This document shows, in pieces, positions 39,808 through 48,210 of a stretch of 64,000 nucleotides of DNA. Position 1 is the stretch's first letter; each line of letters starts with the position of its first letter. Source of the stretch: a virus; the IMG/VR virus record IMGVR_UViG_3300032323_002905, positions 25,453 through 89,452 of that record; one strand, written 5' to 3'. The notes under the pieces were generated by a model. The model made no database searches, was not told where the DNA came from, and saw nothing but the letters and a program-made list of their open reading frames with translations. The position numbers were made by a program, and so were the translations under genes.

Positions 39808-40776
39808 TTAACCAAATATAGCTTCAGGATCTATAATGATAGCTCCTTGATTAATAGCTGAGTTATCTAATATTGTTTTAGAGTCTGCTTTTGATAATTT
39901 ATCTTGAGTAATTTGAGTATATTTAATATCACCATTTTCAGTGACATTAACTATATAACCACCATCACCTGGTTTTTCTTTAATTTTAGTAGATATGATT
40001 TTTTTAATCATGTTAGCTGACGCGTCATCTACTGAGAAATCACTAGATAAATTTAATTTGTTTATAAGTTCATCTACTTTATCAAATATATTTTTAATTA
40101 ATTGATATCTAGATGATAATTCTCTTAATTCTGAACTTGCGCTAAAATCTCTAAGACTTTCAAATGCGTCAATGATATCAGATCTAGTAAAACTTAATGG
40201 ATTAGATTTTTTAGATTTAGCACTATCTTTTTCTAAAGATGATACTAATGAATTTAATCCAAATAATGTATTTAATAAACTTAAATTATTAGCGTCTGAA
40301 CTAAATCTACCTAAAGTAATTTTTTTAGCATTGTATGCTTTAACTTCTACTCCAATACCATCAGCGTATAAATCAGGACTACCACCTCCACGACCATCAA
40401 CTACATTATAATTTTTGCTTAATAACCAATACATGGCTATTTCACCATTACCTGATCCTTTAGTACCTACTTCAGAGTCTTCTTGTCCTTTTTTTGGTGG
40501 TGATATTGGATATAATTCTTTAAAAATTTTACCATCTTCACCACTTAAATTAACATTAACCCCTAGTCTATAATTTCCTTCAGGAAGAGGAAAAGAACCT
40601 AATTTTTTTTCTATTATTTTATTGTAAATTTCAGAAGAACCAGCTTCATTTAAATTTACGTTTAATTCTTTTAATATTTTTTCCATTAATAAAATATCCT
40701 GTTCATTTTTCATGTCAGGATATCCTTTAGGAAATTTATAAGAATATTGTTTTAAAAATTTATCGATTGGATCCAT
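39808..40776 (-). CDS. Putative PD-(D/E)XK nuclease-fold protein with N-terminal extension
   Basis: GNGEIA...PDLYADGIGVEVKA motif; N-terminal segment ends in LNE. Confidence 0.6.
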   Translation of the reverse strand: MDPIDKFLKQYSYKFPKGYPDMKNEQDILLMEKILKELNVNLNEAGSSEIYNKIIEKKLGSFPLPEGNYRLGVNVNLSGEDGKIFKELYPISPPKKGQEDSEVGTKGSGNGEIAMYWLLSKNYNVVDGRGGGSPDLYADGIGVEVKAYNAKKITLGRFSSDANNLSLLNTLFGLNSLVSSLEKDSAKSKKSNPLSFTRSDIIDAFESLRDFSASSELRELSSRYQLIKNIFDKVDELINKLNLSSDFSVDDASANMIKKIISTKIKEKPGDGGYIVNVTENGDIKYTQITQDKLSKADSKTILDNSAINQGAIIIDPEAIFG

Positions 40777-40778
40777 AA

Positions 40779-41246
40779 TTATACAGTTGGTTCTTCAGCA
40801 GGAGCTTCTGTAGCTGCTTCATCACCTGAATCTTTAAATGATGCGTTTGCATCTTTTGAAGCGCCATATGATAATAATCTAGCTATAGATTCTGTTGCTC
40901 TACCTTCGTCCTTTATATCATTTAACCAATATTTTTTACCTTCTGATTTACAAATCCAAGTAACATCATCATATAGTAAGTAAAAGAATTGATTATTTGC
41001 TAATAATATTTTAAATGTTGTTGGTTTAGGTGCTATCCATTGTATTTCACTAACAAAATCTTTATATTGAACTGTTAGTAATTGAATAATAGCATCACGT
41101 AATGATGGGAATTTAGCTAAAATAGGGAACTTATCCAAATCTAAAGAAATATCTGTTTTAGGAACATCTAAATCTATTTTAGATTGGGCTTTGTAAACTT
41201 GTTTTACAATAGCACGTATTCTATTTTTAAAATCTTCTTTAACCAT
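40779..41246 (-). CDS. Hypothetical protein
   Basis: 155 aa with PKPTTFKI and an acidic tail. Confidence 0.75.
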   Translation of the reverse strand: MVKEDFKNRIRAIVKQVYKAQSKIDLDVPKTDISLDLDKFPILAKFPSLRDAIIQLLTVQYKDFVSEIQWIAPKPTTFKILLANNQFFYLLYDDVTWICKSEGKKYWLNDIKDEGRATESIARLLSYGASKDANASFKDSGDEAATEAPAEEPTV

Positions 41247-42412
41247 TATAGTCCTCTTTCTTCTTTTAAACGAGCTGCTTGTTTAGCTGTTGGACCTTTA
41301 CCTCCACCTTTAGCTTTATATTGTGATACAGCACCTGCAATTGCAGTTGCTACTTTTTCAGATTTGCCTTGTTTTTTTAGTTTATTAACTAATTTTTCAA
41401 ATGTTTCATCTAATTTAGCTGTTTCTTTTTTCCAAAATCCTTTAGGTAAACCTTCATCCATTGGTTCTTCCATTGCCGGGACAATATCTTCATAGTCCTG
41501 CATTGACAATGTTTCTTTACTTTTGTTAATTTCAATAGCTTTTTCAGCTACATCATGTAAATCAACATCTGCTTTAGCGTCTTCACGAGCAAATTCTAAC
41601 ATACGGATAAATAAAGGTACATCCATAGTAACTGTATCTACCGCGTCTTTAGCTTCTGCTTCTTCTTCGTTTACTTCTTCTTTAACTAAACCAGCTTTAA
41701 GAACCTGCATAATAGCAAAATAAGCATCATCAACACCGTAACCGTAATCTTGAGCTACTTCTCTAATAAAGTCTTCTACTTTTTGTACTAATTCAGGATT
41801 AATATTTGCTTTTGATGCAAAAAATTTAGATTCTTCTTGAATCATAGCATCTAATGCTGGTTGTTTTTCTTCAAATTCTAAATAATGTTTAGCTTTATCC
41901 ATATAATCAGCAGCTAGATGAATTTTTTCTTGCCACCAATCAGGAAAATCAACTTCTTGATCCATTTGATCATACTTATCTAGCATTTTATATAAACCAG
42001 CAGCGTATTGAGCTATACGATAAACAGATGCTTTTAACATATCTGGTTCATCATCTTGATGACCTAAATCAATATCTTCATTTGCTGATTTTTTGATAAT
42101 GGCTTTTTGTAAAGCATCAGGTAAAGATTTTTGTTTACCTTTTAAAGCAGGATCATTATCAAATTCTTTTGAAAATTTCTCATCTACTGGACTCATAAGA
42201 GTCTTCTTAATCATTTCACGTACTTTATCTTTATTCATGTTTTCTGCTGTTTTTTTAGCTATATTAGTAGCACGTCCATACATTACTTTTTCAGCATCTT
42301 TACCATAGCGTTTAACTAATGATGATTTTTCTGATTTAAGTTGTTTAACAACTTCCTCACGTTTTTTTAATTCCGCCGGAGTTAATGTTTTTTCAGTGAT
42401 ACTTTGTTTCAT
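41246..42412 (-). CDS. Modular charged protein (putative processed internal head polyprotein)
   Basis: 388 aa; alternating basic and acidic modules delimited by x-x-E sites. Confidence 0.75.
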   Translation of the reverse strand: MKQSITEKTLTPAELKKREEVVKQLKSEKSSLVKRYGKDAEKVMYGRATNIAKKTAENMNKDKVREMIKKTLMSPVDEKFSKEFDNDPALKGKQKSLPDALQKAIIKKSANEDIDLGHQDDEPDMLKASVYRIAQYAAGLYKMLDKYDQMDQEVDFPDWWQEKIHLAADYMDKAKHYLEFEEKQPALDAMIQEESKFFASKANINPELVQKVEDFIREVAQDYGYGVDDAYFAIMQVLKAGLVKEEVNEEEAEAKDAVDTVTMDVPLFIRMLEFAREDAKADVDLHDVAEKAIEINKSKETLSMQDYEDIVPAMEEPMDEGLPKGFWKKETAKLDETFEKLVNKLKKQGKSEKVATAIAGAVSQYKAKGGGKGPTAKQAARLKEERGL

Positions 42413-42413
42413 A

Positions 42414-43295
42414 TTAGATATTATCTATAAAGTTTGATATATATTCTTTTACATCTTCTTTTTCAAATCCTTCTGTCATCCATTCTGTTCCTAAGATACG
42501 TAATGAATCATGTAACATTTTTAAAAGTCTTATATTAGCTAATCCTTCCATTCTATCAATAGCTTCAGGACTTATTTGTTCATTAATTGGAGCTGTATCT
42601 AAGATATGGGCTTTAGTAAAATAAGTAATTGTATTAGCAATTTGAGTGATTAATTTTTCATCACCTAATGCTTTTGCTTCAGCATATGCTGCTTGTAAGT
42701 TAGATTGAATACCTGATATTTCAGCTGATTCACCAGCCATCATATCTGATGCAGGCGCGTCAACTACTTCAGTATCATCTACTGTTATGTCTTCAACTTC
42801 TTTATCTTTTTTAGCTTCAGCTAATGGATCATAAGCACTGTCTGCGTCTGTTATATTTACATCTTTGTCTGAATCTTCATTTAATTCAGCTAAAATCATT
42901 TCTTTGATTTTTGCTTTTAAATCAGATTTAGTCATTTTACCTTCACTAGTTTTTTTAGCGTCATCTTTCATATCTTTTTCTAAAGCATCGATATGTGCCG
43001 CGTCATCTTTTTCAGCGTCTTTGTAATATGATTCTTTATTTTCTTTAAGTGGGCCATACCATTGATCTTCAAACTCATCAAGTTTAAATCCATTTGTAAA
43101 AGCAAGTTCTACCCAATCTTCATAATCATCATCTACACTTAAGTAACTTTTTACCTCTTCTTTAGAATATGGAGATAGTCCTTTAAATTTTTTATCTTTA
43201 AATAATGACTTAAATAATGACTCTGTTTGATTTTCTTTAATTATACCCGCTAATTTTTGCATGCGAGCTAATTGTTCATTTAATGTTGGTTTCAT
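42414..43295 (-). CDS. Putative internal head protein with RMQKLAGII leader
   Basis: 293 aa, acidic; leader shared with ORF 35426..35896; internal MTKSDLKAKIKE motif. Confidence 0.75.
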   Translation of the reverse strand: MKPTLNEQLARMQKLAGIIKENQTESLFKSLFKDKKFKGLSPYSKEEVKSYLSVDDDYEDWVELAFTNGFKLDEFEDQWYGPLKENKESYYKDAEKDDAAHIDALEKDMKDDAKKTSEGKMTKSDLKAKIKEMILAELNEDSDKDVNITDADSAYDPLAEAKKDKEVEDITVDDTEVVDAPASDMMAGESAEISGIQSNLQAAYAEAKALGDEKLITQIANTITYFTKAHILDTAPINEQISPEAIDRMEGLANIRLLKMLHDSLRILGTEWMTEGFEKEDVKEYISNFIDNI

Positions 43296-43326
43296 GTTTT
43301 ATATAGTTATATATTATAAATATATG

Positions 43327-43599
43327 TTATTTGTTAAACTTAACTTTTGCTTTTTCTGTGTTAGGTACAAATTGTTTACCTTTTTTATCTCCCTCGATTT
43401 TTTTGCGAGTTGTTGCGGCACGTTCAGCTTTAGTTAAGCGTTTCGCTTTAGCTAATGGTAAGCAACGTTGTGTTGCTTTACCTTTAGGCATTGTACCACA
43501 GTCACCTGCGATGTTACCCTGTGTATCTATACGGACCCATTTTTCTTTTTTAAACCAGTCACGTAGTGATTCTTGTACTAAGCGTTTTAAGTTATCCAT
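43327..43599 (-). CDS. Basic protein with WFKxEKW..CG..CLP motif (DUF5872-like)
   Basis: SLRDWFKKEKWVRI...CG...RCLP..KA; family name recalled from memory, not verified. Confidence 0.65.
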   Translation of the reverse strand: MDNLKRLVQESLRDWFKKEKWVRIDTQGNIAGDCGTMPKGKATQRCLPLAKAKRLTKAERAATTRKKIEGDKKGKQFVPNTEKAKVKFNK

Positions 43600-43949
43600 T
43601 ATTTTTTCTTGCCTGACATTAATCCTTTACATACCTTAACAGCTCGACCTGACAAATAAGCTGAAGACTTTTCGCCAGCTGCCATTCTACGTTGACGATA
43701 TGCTTCGCCTTTAGGGCAAAGTTTTTCAATTAATAATTCATTTAATATATTATCAATGCGTTCTTTTAATCGAGGTGTGTTAAATATTTTATTAATAATA
43801 ACAAAATCAGTCATTGGATCTAATTCATCCACTGTTTTGCCATTAGCATAAAGTTTTAAGAAATATTTTACTGTAGGTGTATTGTAAGTATCAATTTTAT
43901 CTTTGATAATTTCTAATTTTCTTTCAGCTTCTTTTTGAATTGCATCCAT
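43599..43949 (-). CDS. Hypothetical protein with C-terminal LCPKG..SAYLSG..VKVC module
   Basis: 116 aa; coupled by TAATG to the next gene. Confidence 0.7.
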   Translation of the reverse strand: MDAIQKEAERKLEIIKDKIDTYNTPTVKYFLKLYANGKTVDELDPMTDFVIINKIFNTPRLKERIDNILNELLIEKLCPKGEAYRQRRMAAGEKSSAYLSGRAVKVCKGLMSGKKK

Positions 43950-43950
43950 G

Positions 43951-44154
43951 TTATTTACTTAATAAGTCATTAATTCTAATATGAAATTGTGACATACTAG
44001 TATCTAGTAAGTCTGGGTTATCCTTTAATATTTTATATAGTTTTTCACTAATATCAAATTTAATTATAGGATTTAATATATCTTCTTCCATCATTTCATT
44101 ATTTTCAACTAAACGACGGTTATTAAAATATTTGTATACATTGAAATTGCTCAT
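43951..44154 (-). CDS. Small hypothetical protein
   Basis: 67 aa; fills the gap exactly with TAATG coupling. Confidence 0.65.
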   Translation of the reverse strand: MSNFNVYKYFNNRRLVENNEMMEEDILNPIIKFDISEKLYKILKDNPDLLDTSMSQFHIRINDLLSK

Positions 44155-44759
44155 TATTTTTTATTTTTTAAATAATTACTTAGTAGTGTACCTATAGCAC
44201 CTACCTTCTGTCTTATAAATATCCATTCTTCTAGTGTTAATGTATGATTTTCATTAACATAATCAATAACTAACACACCTATAAACTGATCTTGTAAATC
44301 ATGTATAGCAAGAGCATAAAATGATTTAGTACCACATGATTTATCCACAGGGAATAAATTTTGAGCTTTATCAGCATCATAATGAGGTAAATTAATTTCA
44401 CCTTCTCTATATAATGTAGAAAATGCTTTACTAAATAATGATGTAGGAATATTTTGGTATACTTCTTTAACAGATGCTACATCAACTCCTACACGTTCAT
44501 ATAATATTGAAAATTTTTGTAGTGATTTACCCGTAGGATATAAATGTCCACCATTATGGAATTGTGATATCCATATGCGATCACAATCTAATTGATCAAA
44601 TAAACTATCAACTTGATGATCAATTAAAGCGTTATGTTCAATAGCTTCAGCTAATGGATCATGCTTTTTTCTTTCTAATTTAGTTTTAACCCATGTCATT
44701 ACTACAGGTCCAATTACTGCTGTTATAAACGCGACTATTACTGCGGTTAATATATCCAT
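44154..44759 (-). CDS. Single-TM protein with GAF-like soluble domain (possible T4 T-type holin)
   Basis: N-terminal TM helix, DRIWISQFHNGG and FIGVLVIDY. The holin role is inferred from architecture only. Confidence 0.55.
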   Translation of the reverse strand: MDILTAVIVAFITAVIGPVVMTWVKTKLERKKHDPLAEAIEHNALIDHQVDSLFDQLDCDRIWISQFHNGGHLYPTGKSLQKFSILYERVGVDVASVKEVYQNIPTSLFSKAFSTLYREGEINLPHYDADKAQNLFPVDKSCGTKSFYALAIHDLQDQFIGVLVIDYVNENHTLTLEEWIFIRQKVGAIGTLLSNYLKNKK

Positions 44760-45328
44760 TACTTTTTTAAACTTTGTAGATATTCTATTGTTTGTTCTTT
44801 ACTTTTTAATAATTGTGCTTTATCTGAACCATTCCATGATTCTACATCTCCTGCCTCTGTAATATAAGATTCCATTTTGGTATCTATTTTTTCATCAATC
44901 CAAATATTGAAATCTTTAATTATACTATCAATATCAGAATTTAATATATTTTTTTCATATTCAACCCATAATCCTTTTGCTTTTATCGCGCCTTCAAATT
45001 CTATCTGGCAGTCAAAGCATCTGTTATATTGAATATAAAATTGTTTATCATAACGATGTTTCATTACTTTAGAGCATTCAGGGCAAAATAATGGTAAATG
45101 GATTTGAGCTTTCGCTTTATCCAATTTTGTAACATTTTGTTTTATACCATTTTTAATGGTCCATTTACGACCATCTTCTTCCCATACATCTCCTTCATCA
45201 TGAAACTCTTGTTGTTTGGTGTAACCAATACTAGTACTAGTTTTTTCACCATATTTACCTTGAACTAAATTACGAAGACGTTGTACATCTTTTTCTTTAA
45301 ATTCTTTTTTTAAAACTGATTCTGACAT
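44759..45328 (-). CDS. Zinc-finger-containing hypothetical protein
   Basis: CPEC...CFDC motif. Confidence 0.75.
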   Translation of the reverse strand: MSESVLKKEFKEKDVQRLRNLVQGKYGEKTSTSIGYTKQQEFHDEGDVWEEDGRKWTIKNGIKQNVTKLDKAKAQIHLPLFCPECSKVMKHRYDKQFYIQYNRCFDCQIEFEGAIKAKGLWVEYEKNILNSDIDSIIKDFNIWIDEKIDTKMESYITEAGDVESWNGSDKAQLLKSKEQTIEYLQSLKK

Positions 45329-45331
45329 TTA

Positions 45332-45976
45332 TTATTTTGTTAGATTTTTTATTTGTTCTCTAATGACTTCTTTTAATTCTTTTTTAGTCATTTTGATTTT
45401 CATATATTCAGCTTTAGGATCTTTAGGTAATTCTTTAATTTTACCTTGTTTAACTTGTTGCATAAAATATATTTTTGCTTCTTGATCTAATTTATTTATT
45501 GATTCATCAACTGACTCTTTATCAACTACTGAGTAGTCAATTTTAGCACTTTTCATTACCACATCAATAATTTTTTTAGTTAAGTCTTTAGCTGGATTTC
45601 CTGACTTAGGGAAAACAATAGTATCGTCTTTAACTTTATATTTTAATAATGTAGGTCTAGAAGTAAGTGACTTAACAAAATCATCAATTGCTGTTTTAGT
45701 TTTAACAGGAAAAGGAAAACCTTGATCTTTTTCCATTTTCTTGCGTTTAGCAGGAATAACAGGACCAAAGTGATCTTCTAATGCTTTTTGAATTGATTGT
45801 TTATTACGCATGTTAGAAATATACATTCCGTAGTTATCTAATGTCTCTAAAGCTTTAACTGTATCTTCTACAGAAACGCCTTTAGGAGTAACTACAACAT
45901 CGTAATTTACTTGTTCACGATTTGAAGGTGAAACTTCTGCTCCCTCTTCTTCTCTTAATTTGTATTTATAAGCCAT
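45332..45976 (-). CDS. Hypothetical protein
   Basis: 214 aa; C-terminal MTKKELKEVIRE motif. Confidence 0.7.
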   Translation of the reverse strand: MAYKYKLREEEGAEVSPSNREQVNYDVVVTPKGVSVEDTVKALETLDNYGMYISNMRNKQSIQKALEDHFGPVIPAKRKKMEKDQGFPFPVKTKTAIDDFVKSLTSRPTLLKYKVKDDTIVFPKSGNPAKDLTKKIIDVVMKSAKIDYSVVDKESVDESINKLDQEAKIYFMQQVKQGKIKELPKDPKAEYMKIKMTKKELKEVIREQIKNLTK

Positions 45977-46496
45977 ATTGTTTTAATTCGTCTATTACTT
46001 GATCAGTTGATTTAAATAAAATACCTATTCCTCCTTTTGATTTCCATTGTTCAATATTATCTTCTCTATCGTCAATCAAAATTTTATTTTTACCTGAATA
46101 GTTTTGTTTAGCTGTCGCGTTAGCTAATACTAATTTAGTTCCAGGTATATTATTTTTAACCCACAAACGTTTACCTAAACGTGATTCGTTTTGGCGTGAT
46201 GGAGCTGATAGTAAAGTTGGGTTATGTGGTTTAATGTAGTCCCATAGTTTTTGTCCTTCAGGCATCCATTCCATACCTACCCAAAATCTTACTCCTATTT
46301 GTCTGTCAATTAAATCCCAAAATTTTTCTTTACCATACTTACTTTCGTAAGCACGAGGATCCATATTACCAAAGTATCTAAAACGAGCATCAAAATCAGT
46401 TAATACACCATCCATATCACAGTAGATTTTGTATAGTGATTGAGTTGATTCTTCTTCTTCTTTTAATTGTTTATATAAGTCTGTTAATTTATACAT
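45966..46496 (-). CDS. HAD-family 5'(3')-deoxyribonucleotidase-like protein with N-terminal leader
   Basis: IYCDMDGVLTDF, LLSAP, GKRLW, ILIDD and W..KGGIGI motifs. Confidence 0.85.
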   Translation of the reverse strand: MYKLTDLYKQLKEEEESTQSLYKIYCDMDGVLTDFDARFRYFGNMDPRAYESKYGKEKFWDLIDRQIGVRFWVGMEWMPEGQKLWDYIKPHNPTLLSAPSRQNESRLGKRLWVKNNIPGTKLVLANATAKQNYSGKNKILIDDREDNIEQWKSKGGIGILFKSTDQVIDELKQYGL

Positions 46497-47646
46497 TTTT
46501 TATTTTTACGTCTGAATTTTGAAGAAATTGTCCTTTAGGAGTAGGAGCAGGAGTTGAAGATACTAATGAACCTTCTTTGATACTGTCTTCCCAATTTCTA
46601 AACATCATATTACCTTTTTCGTAAGCTTCTCTTTCAATTTCAGGTAAATCTCCGTCTTCGTTTGTGTTTGTTGTACTGATATTATTTAATCTATTATCTA
46701 AATTTTGTTCATGATGTATCATTTCATGAGAAAATGAACGTAAAACATCTTTAGGATGTCTATTCATAGTAAATAAAGTAATTGATTTTTCTTCTGGGTT
46801 GTAAAATGCTGTTTTGCCGAATACGTTTTCAGCATTTGCTTTATCATTGTTAATGAATTTAACAACAGGTAATGGTTTAATATTCATACCTTGATTAACC
46901 ATATATTTAGTTAATTCAGGAATATATTTTTTATAGTCATTAGTTTTGTTTAAAGACTCATTTAAAGTAGGGTTATTATCATGTCCGCATTTATGACAGA
47001 TATATAAATCTTTACCACCATCTGCTATTTTCCATTCCCAACCACAATTGTCACAAATAACTTCTGTGTTTGTTACTAGTTCTTGAACAATAGTAGATAA
47101 AGTATTAAATACTTCTGTTTTTTCTTTTACTTTTTCAGGGATAAAAGATAAAAATGCTTCTTGTCCTTTTTTTAAGGCTTGACGAGCGTCAGTTCCGCTT
47201 GTATCTAATTGAGTAACTATAGGAGCTAACTCAACATTTTCATACTTACCTATACCTTTTGTTCTTGAAGCCATATCTATAAAATCATCATCTTTACCTT
47301 CTCTAGCTCCAATAACCCATATTACATTCTCGTCTTGATGATTTTTAATATAATCATAGATAGCTGTAATTGGTGAGTTAGTTGGTTCTACTTTTACTTT
47401 TAAAGGTAAGTATTTTTTATAGATATCCCAAACTAAAAGTGATTCAGCTTGAGTAATTCCATCTCTTGTTCCTGAGCCAACATAAATAATAAATTCATCT
47501 ATTTGTGGATATTTTTCTAATGCTGTTTCAACAACTTCAAAGTGACCCTTGTGAGGCGGTTTAAAACCACCCCCATACAAAGCTACAGTTTTAGTTTGTT
47601 CTTGTTCTAAAATAGAATCAGCTAAAAATTTACCTAATGGATTCAT
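46489..47646 (-). CDS. HxGH nucleotidyltransferase (cytidylyltransferase-like) fused to a Zn ribbon and HExxH metallopeptidase-like domain
   Basis: GGGFKPPHKGH and SGTDAR; CDNCG..CHKCG; SHEMIHHEQ..EREA. Confidence 0.8.
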   Translation of the reverse strand: MNPLGKFLADSILEQEQTKTVALYGGGFKPPHKGHFEVVETALEKYPQIDEFIIYVGSGTRDGITQAESLLVWDIYKKYLPLKVKVEPTNSPITAIYDYIKNHQDENVIWVIGAREGKDDDFIDMASRTKGIGKYENVELAPIVTQLDTSGTDARQALKKGQEAFLSFIPEKVKEKTEVFNTLSTIVQELVTNTEVICDNCGWEWKIADGGKDLYICHKCGHDNNPTLNESLNKTNDYKKYIPELTKYMVNQGMNIKPLPVVKFINNDKANAENVFGKTAFYNPEEKSITLFTMNRHPKDVLRSFSHEMIHHEQNLDNRLNNISTTNTNEDGDLPEIEREAYEKGNMMFRNWEDSIKEGSLVSSTPAPTPKGQFLQNSDVKIKNV

Positions 47647-48209
47647 TAACTAAGTTTCATTTTTTTAATATACGCACTATTACGAGATCCTCTCATTCCT
47701 AAATCATAATTAGCTTCTTTTTTTAATTCTTCAGCTTTAGCCATATCTAATGTAGCGTCATGTAACTCACCACCATTATCAGCGATAATGTAAACTACAT
47801 TAGTTTGATTTTCATTAAGTTTTAACTTTTGAATTAATTCTTTAGCTTTAACTTTTTTCTCATCAATATCTTTTTTAGAAGTTCTAAATTCTTCCATTGA
47901 TGCTTTTAATTCATCTAATTGTGTATCACGAGCTTTTAACGCCTCAGTAGCAATTCTACTTGCATCTGATTTGTTTTTGTACATACCCATAATGTTTTCA
48001 TATGTTAAACCGTTTTTAATTCTTTCAGCTAGTGAAAAAGGATCGGCCTCAAACATTATTTCTTCTTTTGTTGATTTAGTACCTGGTTTAGATACTACAA
48101 AGAATTTACCTACTTCATCAACTACATCGTAGTTTTTAGTAATGGCTTCTTTTACTTCCATTGTTTCTTCTTCCAAATTTTCTCTTAAAAGGTCAATTAA
48201 TTTTTTCAT
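47646..48209 (-). CDS. Hypothetical protein with leader motif
   Basis: MKKLIDLLRE leader and coiled coil. Confidence 0.7.
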   Translation of the reverse strand: MKKLIDLLRENLEEETMEVKEAITKNYDVVDEVGKFFVVSKPGTKSTKEEIMFEADPFSLAERIKNGLTYENIMGMYKNKSDASRIATEALKARDTQLDELKASMEEFRTSKKDIDEKKVKAKELIQKLKLNENQTNVVYIIADNGGELHDATLDMAKAEELKKEANYDLGMRGSRNSAYIKKMKLS

Positions 48210-48210
48210 G

